The notes under the pieces: generated by a model | Seen by the model: only the letters and a program-made list of their open reading frames with translations | What the model was told of the DNA's origin: nothing | Database searches by the model: none | Origin: Paramecium tetraurelia | Taxonomy: Eukaryota | Length of the DNA stretch: 64,000 nucleotides | NCBI GenBank assembly: GCA_000165425.1 | Contig: CT868019.1 | Span: forward strand, 496,001 to 560,000 | Reading direction: 5' to 3' | Shown here: positions 13,514-24,742 of the stretch, piece by piece | How positions within the stretch are numbered: position 1 is the first letter of the stretch | Layout: every line of letters begins with the position of its first letter | Made by a program: the position numbers and the translations under genes

Positions 13514-14673
13514 ATGCTTCACATTCCAGACGTAGTAATTGGTATTGAAAGAGCCAATCATAAACATTTCGATGACATCTACGAAACCTAAAAACTAGCA
13601 AACCCTGTGAAAATATCCATGATTAAAATCCAATATAACAAGGAGCATGTCACAGGAGTCAAGCTTAAATACAAAGCAATTGATGGAAGAGTAGCTAAAG
13701 GAACTTGCTCAATGAAGTTCAAATTGCTCGGAGGCTTGCTCTCTGGAACAAAGAAAGAAAAATACAATATCGCTGACGGTAATAATTTAATATAATCATT
13801 CAGATGATTTCATCAAGGAAATACATGGATATGTTGGCACAGAAATTAATCAATTTGGATTTACAACTTACAAAGGAGTTAGTCACAGGTGCGGTATAGC
13901 AAAAGGAGTGTCGTTTTCTCACCACTTTCCACTTCATACATTCTCCTCAGCAAGAGGCTCATACGATAAGTTCTTGGACTTTATAGCCTTTAGAGTAGTA
14001 CCTCTTACTCCTGATTAATTGAAAAAATTGGTAATAAATATAGCAATATTCTAAGGGATTGGGTTAAGGGAATGTTAATGTTGTTGTCACATAAGTCACT
14101 CAACCTCCTCCTCCTCAACCCTAGCTCCAATAGCCAGGATAATACCCTCCACCAGGATAGTATCCTCCCCCAGGATAATACCCTCCACCTGGATAGTATC
14201 CACCTCCTGGACAATACCCCCCACCTGGATAATACCCACCTCCTGGACAATATCCACCACCTGGATAACAACCTCCACCTGGACAATATCCTCCTCCAGG
14301 ATATCCAGGATAACAACCACCTCCTGGGTAATATCCTCCACCTGGACAATATCCACCACCTGGACAGTATCCACCAGGATAATACCCTCCCCCTGGATAG
14401 TACCCTCCTCCTGGATAATATCCACCTGGACAGTATCCACCTGGATAGTATCCACCTCCTGGATAATACCCTCCACCATAAAATACTACTGTTATCATCG
14501 AGTAGCAAGGTCCTCCACCCCCTCAATAACATAGTGGTGGAGGCGGTGCCGTTGCTGGAGCACTTATTGGAGGTGCTTTGATTGGGGCTGCTTTGGCAAA
14601 CGATAATCACCACCATCATCATCATCATGGTCCAAATGTTGTTGTTGTGAAAAAGCACGGTCATCATCATTGA
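13514..14673 (+). CDS. Jacalin-like lectin domain protein with PPPGQY repeats, glycine zipper and His-rich tail
   Basis: KHFDD..ISMIKIQY..VTGVKLKY..DDFIKEIHGYVGTEINQFGFTTYKG..GSYDKFLDFIAFRVVP resembles a jacalin beta-prism. Introns 13779-13803 and 14031-14055; ends ..KKHGHHH-TGA. Confidence 0.75.
14134..14479 (+). repeat. Coding tandem repeat, 18-nt unit (PPPGQY), ~20 imperfect copies
   Basis: CCN-CCN-CCN-GGA-(TAA/TAG/CAA/CAG)-TAY read directly from the sequence, with some shorter PPGQY units. Confidence 0.95.
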
Positions 14674-14727
14674 ATTTATTTAGCCATTATTCAATATATA
14701 TAAGCATTAATATTAAGTATCTTTAAA

Positions 14728-15296
14728 ATGTAAAAAAATGAAATCCATATAGGTATAGAAAGGGAAAACCATAAATTATTTGATGATCTCTAGAAAATGG
14801 ATCTTCTAGCTCAACCCATAACAATTTCTATGATTAAAATTTAATTTACTCATGAGAGAATTTTAGGGATCAAAATAAAATACAGAGGGATGGATGGAAA
14901 AACCATTGTTGGCTAAAGTAGTAGAAAACTCAAAATATTTGGAGTGCATTTTGAGAAGTTTAAAATAGATAAAAGTAAACCAATAACTATTATTAGATGA
15001 TTGTATAAAAGAAATCTTTGGATTTGCAAGTACTTCAATCAATTAGCTCGGATTCAGAACATACAAAGGCCATTAGGTAACTTGTGGATCGCCGAAGGGA
15101 TAAACATTCTCTTACTAAATACCAAATCACACATTCATAGCAGCAAAAGGATCTCATGAAGAATTTTTAGAATATCTTTGTTTTAGAGTAATCCCATTAA
15201 CCCAAGAATAAATAACTAATTTGGTATAATATATATAAATATGATCATCAGGGAATCGATACTCAAATAAATAAATAACAATCCTTTCAAACATGA
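14728..15296 (+). CDS. Jacalin-like lectin domain protein, tandem paralog of 13514-14673 lacking the repeat tail
   Basis: IGIERENHKLFDD..ISMIKIQF..DCIKEIFGFASTSINQLGFRTYKG..GSHEEFLEYLCFRVIPLT aligns to the upstream gene. Introns 14975-14996 and 15224-15251 sit at the same positions and phases. Confidence 0.75.
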
Positions 15297-15396
15297 ATTA
15301 TAAATAATCTTAATCAGAATTTTAAATATACTTAAGGCTACTTATTTATAATAATTAAATTATGAGAAAAATAAATTTTTAATTTCATATTTCTTC

Positions 15397-16245
15397 ATGA
15401 ATTCTAATGATAAAATCTATATTTTTAAAGCTGTCTAAATTAAAGTAAATCAACATTAGAAACATTGTTTTGCAAAGCAAATAAACTATGCTAAAAATTT
15501 TTATATTAATTATTAGAATAATTTCTATTCATAATAAAAGGAACTGTCAAAGATTAACGCAAAATCAACTATTACTCAATTTAAACTCTGATTACATTAA
15601 GCAATAGGATTCTTGATGAGTAATGCTTTGATATCATTGATCCCACAAATGAGGAACTATAAAAATAGAATAGAATATTTGAGACAACTTTTCACATATT
15701 TTAATGAGTTATGTAAAAGTGTTGAGTAATTCAAATAATAAAGACCAATTTCAAATCTTAGGAAATAGTAATGTCTCTAGTTGATAATTCGAGGATACTA
15801 AATCATTAAAAAGGAAAACAAAACTAAAACCTATTTAGTAATTAGTGATAAGTAAATGTTAGCATTAAATATTCAATCAGATAATGTGATGATTATAAAA
15901 ATAGTGATATCCTAAAGAAAAATAACTGCCTAAATTGAGTAGGTTGAATATAAGCAATAGGTTAGTAAGAAGATGAGGAGTTTTTGCTGAATTAAAATAT
16001 TGTAATAATAGGAAAATAAAGATGACATAGAAATTCAAGGAATAATGGTCGAATATAATAAAAGGGGTTAAGGGAAGTGTGAAATTCCTCTTAACTTCCT
16101 TTTTATTGGTTACAAAAGTACTAGAATTAATAAAGGTTCAGTGATTGCAGATATATGAGTTTATATTTCTATGCATTACTCGATAATTCACTTAGGATAG
16201 GCATTTTTTGTTGTTCTCAAGAAGTCTAAACGAGGTGATATGTGA
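15397..16245 (+). pseudogene. Probable frameshifted coding remnant
   Basis: Protein-like segments (RILDEQCFDIIDPTNEELQ and NRIEYLRQLFTYFNELCKSVEQFK) lie in adjacent frames across an A-run at ~15661; in-frame TGAs at 15589 and 15988. Confidence 0.3.
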
Positions 16246-16287
16246 GATTATTTTTTCTCATCGACTTAAATTAATTATTTCATTATA

Positions 16288-16896
16288 ATGAATTCACAAT
16301 TATAGGGAATTCCAGATAACTTGGATTAGAAATTAGAATTTTTTAATGAGCGTAAACAACAGGAACTCCAGAAGAGGGCTAGAATACTAAAATACTCTCA
16401 TTTAAAAAGCAAAGGCTATACTTTTGGTTTGGGTAGAAATGTAACTTTATTTCATGTACATCCTAGCCTATGGAAAAACAATTAGAAACTCCAGGGCCAG
16501 GTCATTATATAACTCAATAGTCTGAAACTCCAATCAGTTACAGTATGGGTGTAAGACTCAATCAGAAAGGTAATTGTAATAGCATTGCATTAGTTCATAA
16601 ATTTGAGGCTCCTCCTTTGGGAACTTATGAAATCAAAGGTTTAGATAAATATGGTTATTATACTAACTCCAAATTTAAAAATGCTTGTGCAACTCTCTTC
16701 AGTCCGCTGAAAAACAGTAATGCTAAACAAGTACTGTGAATTCTTTAAAAAGTCAATTGTAACTCCAGGTCCTGGTGATTATGAATTACCAGGAAGTATT
16801 AATTCAAGAGGGAAGTATTTCGTTTCTAATTTTAAAACAAATCAAGGTTGGGCTCTTGGTAAAAAATCACTTTCTCAAAGAAAGGCTTATTATTGA
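16288..16896 (+). CDS. SHIPPO/ODF3-like PG-rich repeat protein (microtubule/ciliary associated)
   Basis: TPGPGHY, APPLGTY and TPGPGDY motifs; micro-introns ~16441-16466 and ~16732-16751. Confidence 0.75.
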
Positions 16897-17000
16897 AAAG
16901 ATAATGAATTAAATTTTCTAAAAATTATTATTATTGTTAAATTCTCAAAGATAGCTTAGTCGCAATAATGCAATCTTTGCTTATAAAAATAATAAATAAA

Positions 17001-18530
17001 ATGAAAAAGTAATCTTCACATCATTCTAAGACTGAGCCTTCAATTCGCAAGTCTAATAAAACACCCACAAGTCCCATAATCAATCTTAAGGCTGACGATT
17101 AATTGACACAAAGTCAAATTAACTATGACTTTCTAAAAACATAATAATCGTTTCGCAGTTCTGCAAGTCCATAGGCTTAGAATTCATCTCTAAGGTAAAC
17201 CATTTCATAATCTTATTAAGTTCTAAAGCAACATACTCTGCAAAGACTCTAATGTAAAATAACTAAAAAAAATAAATGCAGATCTTATCAAAATAGAGAA
17301 TGTAAAATATGCATGAACGTTCAATAATAAAAGTGATGGGTCTGAATATGGAGGCTATTTGTCACAGGAGAAATCATGAAAACAATAAAATGTTATACTT
17401 TTGTCAATACTCCGATTGCAAGGCTGATAGTAGAATAGGTTGTTCATATTGTTTAGTAGAATAGCATAGTGATCATTCCACACAGATAATGGAAGTGTAG
17501 ACATTCTGTAAATTATTCGATGATAAAAAAAAACAAGTAAAAGTATAGTGAATTTCCTTAGTTTATGAACTTAAGTGAATCTATCCTCAAGCCACCTGAT
17601 AAAACACCAGAAATCAAATTTTATTTTGATTAACTAAAACAGTATCTGTTAGATCGTTTGGTTTTTATAGAAAAGAATGTTTTATAATCAATGAACTAGT
17701 AATTAGAATGGAATCAACTAGAAAAAGAATTATTAAATCAAATAATTAGTTTAGGTTCTAAGAATATATATGAAATGTCTTAAGACGAATTAAAGGAGAG
17801 TTTAGATTTTATCTAAGGAAAACACCTTTAAGAGTTAGAATAGATGAAATAAGAAACAAACCATTATTTGGGTTAAAAAATAAGTTAAGTTGAAAAAGCA
17901 TGGAATGAATATAAAAAATAATTAGAAGTTGATCTCAGTCATCTTTTAGATGAAAATAATAAATTAGTATTCTTAGATCCTCAAAGTAAAGAATTCCTAG
18001 AATACAAATTAAATTTTTATGAATAAAAGGAAAAGAAAGTTAAAGAAATGCGATAGCCCTATTTTACATAATTAGAAGTAATTAAGGAGGAAGAGTAATA
18101 TTAATAGGAGACCTTGAAAAAGATAATGAGTCTATAGAATTCAGATTTTAATTTAAAAGATGAAGAAAATAAGAAGGAAAAGGACAAAGTCACCAAGGCT
18201 GAATAATTCTTAAAACAATAAAAATATATAAAATAACGTGAAAAAGAGAGGGAAAAAGAGAGAGAAAAAGAGAGAGAAAGAGAGAAACTACTTTTGACAT
18301 TTCCATATAAAATATACACAGAAGAATGTGGTCACAGAGTTTAATGTAATACAATTCCCATCTTTGGATGTTGTAACAAAGCCTATCCATGTGCTAAATG
18401 TCATGGGAATATTGCTCATCCTGCAAGGATTCAAGTGCCTAGCTATAGGTATTGTATGAAATGTCTTGAAATCTATCTTGTAATGTATCCCACTAATTAT
18501 TCTGTGAATTGTCTGAAATGTTAAAAATGA
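17001..18530 (+). CDS. B-box-like, coiled-coil and C-terminal CHY-like zinc finger protein
   Basis: ICHRRNHE..FCQYSDCKADSRIGCSYCLVEQHSDH; EKERE repeat ~18239-18290; CGH..FGCCNKAYPCAKCH..YCMKC..CLKCQK-TGA. Confidence 0.7.
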
Positions 18531-18807
18531 TTAAATTTTGAAAAATATAATTATCACAGTGATTAACAAATCAATCAAATAAGTGTTTTGTTTCTTTTTT
18601 GCTAGCTTCAAACTTTCTATGAATTAATAAAAATACTCAATTTTCTATATTAGAATCAGAACAATTTATTTCTTCCATAGAATCAAAAATAAAGGTATTT
18701 AAGTTCAAAGGCTTCCTAAAATACTCGATTTATTATAATTAAACGATAAAACAATAAAATGTTAATAGTAAAAATTAAGAGAATAATTAATACATTATAA
18801 TTATAAA

Positions 18808-20188
18808 TCAGCCAGTTGATTTAGAACTAACTCTTCTACATACTTAATCATTATCTTGAACTGAATCAGAGCTAAATCTTTGACCTCCTTTCACCGAATC
18901 CATCACTGGAATTTAACACTTGGGAGGCAATTCATTATTAAAGTAATCTACATCTAGATCATCATCTAATTTCTTTTTCTGGCTCTGCACACTCAAAAGT
19001 TCTTTTTAAATTAAGTATCTTTCCGATCTGACTTGGCTGAAATTTTGACTATTCTGATTGGAGTTGGGTTTGAATGGATCATTAATGAATGGATGCTTTA
19101 AAGCATCTTGAACAGATATCCTTAGTTTAGGATTAATCTCGAGCATTTAACTCAATAAGTCTTAAGCACTTGAAGGAATTCGTATTAGTTATAAAGACTT
19201 AAGGTTGAAGGAGCATTTTTTATTTTCTGATATTAGTTCTGCTAGACTAGATCCCTGAAACAAATCCTTTTTTGCTAATCTAATAATATTTTGGAATCTT
19301 ACAATTTATAGAATACACATCCTAGAGAAAACATATCGCATTCACATCCATATTATTGATCTAAAAAGATCTCAGGGGCTATATAACCTGGAGTACCGCA
19401 TTTCTTAGGTTCAGTTCCTACCTTAGCTGAGTTACTGAAATTAATTAATTTAACAACTTTTTTCTTGTTTTATTATTACTCATATAGTATATTTTCTGGT
19501 TAGATGTCTCTATGCATCACATTGATTGACTCTAGATATTGTAATATCTGCAAGCATTCCACAAGTATTGATTAAATCAAGCGAAGGTTCAATTATAGTT
19601 TTGAAGTGTTAATAATAGTAGTTAACTTTTCTCCTTGCATTTTTTCCATAATGATATAGTACATATCTTAAGTGGAGAAGAATTCCTCGAAATTAGGGAC
19701 GCCTTAATGGTTTAAGAGTTTGAGAATATTAAGTTCCCCATAGATGATATTTTGATCATCCATCTAATCCTTCTATACACACCTGGCTATTAAATTGGCA
19801 GTGTTATCACTCTTTTTCAGGATTTCGAATTCATTACTTAATTCTTTAGATTAATGAGTAGTTAAAGTGTAGAACAGATTAAAATCAGTTGATGTCACAT
19901 GTTTTTGTAGTTACTTTTTCAAATTTGAAATGACTTGGGGCTTTGCATGAAACCATTTAAACTTTTGATTCGCTTTCAATCCAAAAGCTTACTCTTGACC
20001 TGTTAAATTCCAAGTAATTTCAACAGACCAATCTAGTTTGATAATATATTTAGGTTTCCTCGAAGTCTAAATTAACTAGGATTATTTAATACAGCATCAA
20101 TTAACCTAAGTTATTCATCCTGGATATCTATTTGATATATAGTATCTTTGAATAAATGCTTTCTCAAACATATAAAATCTAAATTCAT
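18808..20188 (-). CDS. CAMK-like kinase-fold protein with N-terminal PH-like region; probable pseudokinase
   Basis: HRDIQPEN, NFS in place of DFG, CGTPGYIAPE, DMFSLG, NPKLRISVQDALKHPF; no GxGxxG loop or VAxK lysine; ends ..VSSKSTG-TGA. Confidence 0.8.
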
Positions 20189-20202
20189 TAAATAAATAAA
20201 AA

Positions 20203-21215
20203 ATGAAAACATCTCCTTAATCATTTTAAAGGGAAAATGAAGAAACAGTTTGGCACACCAGGAAATTGAGACAAGAGACTGAGAAGGATATTCAATTAAT
20301 GAAGAATCGTCTTAAATTATTAAAGAGAGGGGATGCACAGTTATCTAAGAGAATTGATGAAACCAAAAAGAAAACTTAATCTATGATTGACCTAAAGATG
20401 AATCATCATTAGTAGATTGAACAAGTAAGAAACTTTATATCTGTTTTATTAGAAAAAGCTAACACAAAAAAATGATGAAGCATAATTAAAGGAGAAATAG
20501 CTATTAAATTATGATCAAAAGAAACAATAAGAAGAATAGCTAGAAATGATTAAAAAAGCTATGGAATAAATTAAATTAGAGGAATATAAAAAAATTAAGT
20601 AACATTCCCAAATTATGCATTAGAGAGTTATCAATAAGAAATGCTGAAATGATCAATAAACAAAAATAAGATTTCATGGTTAAGAACAGGGAAAAAAGAG
20701 AACACATCAAAGAGATCATGCAAAAATCTAAATCCAATATTTCTCTCTATTGGAATGAAAAGCTGTCTCACATTTAAAAAGAAAATGAAAAGTATTCATT
20801 TCTAATCATATTTAATAGAGCCAAATAGGAAAATAAAAAAGCTTGTGAATAAAACAAGGCCTATTAGGAAAAAATGGAAATGGAAGAATCGTATATGATG
20901 CAGAAACTAATGAGATCTCAAGAAGTATAAAAGAAATTAGCCATTAAATTGGAAAAAGCAAAGAATTTGCCTCATGATGAATTTAATTAGATGATCAAAG
21001 AGGAAGAAGACAACTCTAATAATATCAAAACTAATAAAAGCGCTGAAATTCCAAGATGGTTACCAACTCCAGAGAAAGATTTTGCAATTATCCAAGACTT
21101 AGACACTGAACCTTAACAAGATTCAGATTAATAGAAAGATGATTAAGGATAGAAGGATGATTAAGAATAGAAGGATGATTAAGGATAGAAAGATGATTAA
21201 GGATAGCAAGAATGA
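20203..21215 (+). CDS. Coiled-coil hypothetical protein
   Basis: MKTSPQSFQRENEETVWHTRKLRQETEKDIQLMKNRLKLL..; E/K/Q-rich heptads, micro-introns, acidic repeat tail, TGA at 21213-21215. Confidence 0.7.
21132..21203 (+). repeat. Coding 18-nt tandem repeat x4 (QKDDQG/E)
   Basis: TAGAARGATGATTAAGRA repeated four times. Confidence 0.9.
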
Positions 21216-21752
21216 TATAAATATAATATCTAAATTAGATTTCATAATAATCTTACATATATCTTATTATAATAAAATCTATATACATCATAAAAAATTT
21301 GTTTTCTAAATATGAATCTACTATTATTATTCTAAAGCTTGTAAGAATATGATAAAAAATGAAATGAAAATATTCAGCTTTGAATTGTAATCGCTTATGA
21401 TTTATTGAAGAATATTTCATCGAAGTATATTATATAAATTTATATTATTTTCTTTTAAAAGAATATAATAAAAATTAAGGACTTCTATTAAAATTTAATA
21501 TTTTGAAGAGTAATTTAGGTATGAAATTCTATGATATGATTTGAACTAGGTCTATTCGAGATTATTAACATAATAAATAGTCATAAGCTTATCAGAAACT
21601 CCAGTATCTATTCTAAATAAAATTTTGTCTATGCACACGAGTCTAATTATATTATTTATTATTAGATTACAATAAAATAAAAGATTATATCAAACGAATA
21701 GATGGTATTTTGAACTAGATTTCATTAGATATTAAAATAACATATAAAATTT

Positions 21753-22471
21753 ATGTAAATTAATGGCCGTTTAACTTCAGGTGATAGATATCCCGAAGTC
21801 AATATAGAACAGGAGGCGGCTGAAATGGCATCCAGGATTTTGGAGAGAGTTCGTTAAAAATCAAATGCCAAATCTACTTAGAAACTTTTAGTAAAACCAG
21901 AAAATTTTAGATCAAGTGATTATATACCTAGGCCATCTGAAATTTAGTCAGTTAGAGAGGGAACCATATCTATTACTGATCGTAATGAACTCAAATTTGA
22001 ACAAAATTTCAATAAAATGAATCCCCTTAAGAATTATTTTAAATCAAACAATAATTAGATTGAAACTATGAAAACACCTCAAAGATCACAATTTAAATCA
22101 GCCTCTTCAGGTATGTAAGACATTTATCAAAAAACTGTAAAATTAAATAATAACAATTATTATGTTCCTGAACATCAATCATAATCCACTGCTGATAAAC
22201 CAGATAGTACTAAATTAATTAAACTAACGTATACAACCTTATTAATTATTATAGAGATAGTGTAAATAGTCTGGTCAATAAGAAATCTGATCTTTTAGCA
22301 AAACATAGAAGAGTTGAGAGTAATATGCAATTTAAATTGGTATTGAACGCAAAGCCTGATCAATTATAAACTCCTGTTAAGTCTAATAAAGAAGACATAG
22401 TTTCATAATTATTAGGTAGTTTGCGAAACCAAAAGAAATACTCAGATTATAAAAACTCAGCTTAAAAATGA
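21753..22471 (+). CDS. Hypothetical protein
   Basis: MQINGRLTSGDRYPEVNIEQEAAEMASRILERVRQK..; one micro-intron near 22229-22254; TGA at 22469-22471. Confidence 0.6.
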
Positions 22472-22534
22472 ATTACTAATATTAAATTGAATTTACTCCA
22501 ATTATAAATAGTTCCCCATATCAATATAAATAAA

Positions 22535-24285
22535 TCAATTCCTCATTAAATTTTTGATTTGGAATCTGATTTCCAAATAATCAGACATCTTTATTTCTTT
22601 TGCCTTTAAATAGGTTTGTATCTTAGATTGTTTGGCAAACTTTTCTTGATCAAAATTTTTAAGAAAGAATTTATCAATCATTTCAAGATAGCAACACAAT
22701 TATTATAATAAAATGATTTCAGTTGCCTAATTTTTAGTAATCTGATAACTTTGATTGAAAAAATCTACATTCTGAACTATCATATGATTAAATTCTAAAA
22801 TCAAATTTTTAATGATCTTCCTGATTATTTTCCATTCTAATCCAAATAATATCTAATAAAACTCAGAATCATATTTTTAATATTCAATAATCAATGATTT
22901 ATTAGATTTTATCATTTCATTATAATCTTTGATTGTCTTATTAAATTAAGCATTCTCAAGAATAAACTTCGCACTAAATTTATTGTAAGTATTTTCCTTA
23001 CAATAAAGAGACCACTCTTTGAATTTGAATCTGTTTTCACCTTCAATCAATTGTTTATAGATATTCTCCTTAACATTTTATAAGTGCTTTGAAAAAATGA
23101 TTCTGCATTTCTCATTTAATAAAGGAGTTAATAATTTCTGATCTCTAATTTTTGATATCATTATATTAAGAAAGAGACATAAATTAAACTGGCTTTGTAA
23201 AATAGATGTGATTTCATCAAAGTTGGATTAATTATCTTTAATTTATTTGTTATCCTTTTGATTTGTAGTATTAGGATTCAAATATTTTGAAATAATTGTA
23301 TTTATTTATGGATTTTTGTAGTTTATCTTGACTAATTTTTTATCACTATTCTTATAAGTCCAAGGATCAGAAGCATTTGGAACTTCCGATTTAATAGTTT
23401 GATCAGTGCTTTCTGTCTCATTAGGCTTGACTATTTATTTACTACTTTTTTTGATAACTGGATGCTGTACCAAATCATTTAGACTTAATCTCATATAAGG
23501 GTCTATGATTAGACATTATTTGATTAAATCCTTTACGCTATCTGATACAAATGGGAAATCAGGGAAAATAACGCTTTTATTGAGTACCTTGTATATCAAT
23601 TCCTACTCTGTTTGAGCCACCCATGGAGGTTTACCATAGAGCAATTCATAAAATACAACTCCGAGACTCCAGATATCAGTCTTGCTAGTATATTGTGATT
23701 TAATCAAGGTTTCAGGACTCATATAAATAGGAGTGCCGACATTCATTTCATTTTTCAATTTATTTAGCGGTTTAGCGAAACCAAAGTCTGCTATTCTCAC
23801 TTCCTATTCATTCAGTAAAATGTTCTATGGTTTCAAGTCTCGATGTATTATATCTCATATGATAATGTTTCAATACTTTATTAAGCCATCACATAAATAC
23901 CATCTATTATTTATTTAACCATAGCTACGGCTTACTCCTATTTGAAATACCCTTGCTATTTTAGTTTCTACCCTAAATCTCCTTACTTACAGTATTCAGT
24001 AATAATATAAATGTTATTTTTTGAAGCAAAATGATCATAAAATTTCAGAATATGTCGTCCTTAGAGACTTCTGAGAATGTGTATTTCATTCTAAATGGCT
24101 GGGAGTTATTCTGAAAATTTTCTATTGATCACCTAATCAAGATAATGAAATTTGGCTACCTTGATTGCTACATAATCCTTTGTATTTGTATTTATTCCTT
24201 TGTAAACAACAGAACTAAAGCCTTTGCCTATAATGTCACATGTATTATATGAATAATTCATAATTATCTTTGTTTCATAAGTCAT
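22535..24285 (-). CDS. Ser/Thr protein kinase (ULK/ATG1-like N-terminal kinase domain, helical C-terminus)
   Basis: IGKGFSSVVYKG, YVAIK, HRDLKPQNILL, IADFGFAK, GTPIYMSPE, DIWSLG. Confidence 0.88.
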
Positions 24286-24742
24286 AATAAATTTTAATTA
24301 TTTGAGACAAACATTTTGCCACATTTAAGATTACCAAAAGAAACTAAAAATTATACAATTACATTCCTTCTTGATTCTGTCTATATAATTTCCAATTATC
24401 ATGAAATAAGCAATTAAATAATTTCATTTCAATGAATATAAAAACCAATTTGGTTTAAACTATTTTAGTTCAATTTATTTATTTGTTCATTTGTAGATGT
24501 AAGTAGTTGTTTAATTTAATGTAATTATTTCTAATTTTATTAAATGTTCACTTAAGAGTTCGGGATTTTATCAAAGAATTTAATAAAGAAAAACATCTAT
24601 AAAAATTTGTTGATTTTGAGTATAATTTAATTGAGATTCAAATATCTATTGTATTAAATGATTCAAATTAAGTTGAGAAGCGTAAATCCATATCATTCTT
24701 AGGGTTAATTTATTTAAAAAATATAAAATTAATTGAAATAAA

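Noticed and set aside
14134..14479. Possible CRISPR array or minisatellite
   Set aside because: Contiguous 15-18 nt units with no unique spacers, variation at wobble positions, eukaryotic context and no cas genes.
14005..14670. Minus-strand ORFs (GGGYYP repeat, WILSRW repeat, VDIVQV repeat) and the plus-strand HLDNI-repeat ORF in the track
   Set aside because: Shadow frames of the PPPGQY repeat. Only the plus-strand code-6 frame shows synonymous variation and joins an upstream domain.
14608..14670. Poly-His as a synthetic tag or vector contamination
   Set aside because: Embedded in a native intron-containing gene with mixed CAC/CAT codons and no vector sequence; similar natural His tracts occur at ~32030-32190.
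15397..16245. Possible TGA=Trp or selenocysteine recoding, since in-frame TGAs fall in Trp-plausible contexts here and near 6718 and 49923
   Set aside because: Well-supported genes in the window end in TGA and use TGG for Trp; a few TGAs over a few hundred codons is about chance level in AT-rich DNA; no selenoprotein motif or SECIS recognised.
18101..18390. SLSLSF-repeat minus-strand ORFs
   Set aside because: Antisense of the EKERE coding repeat in the 17001-18530 gene.
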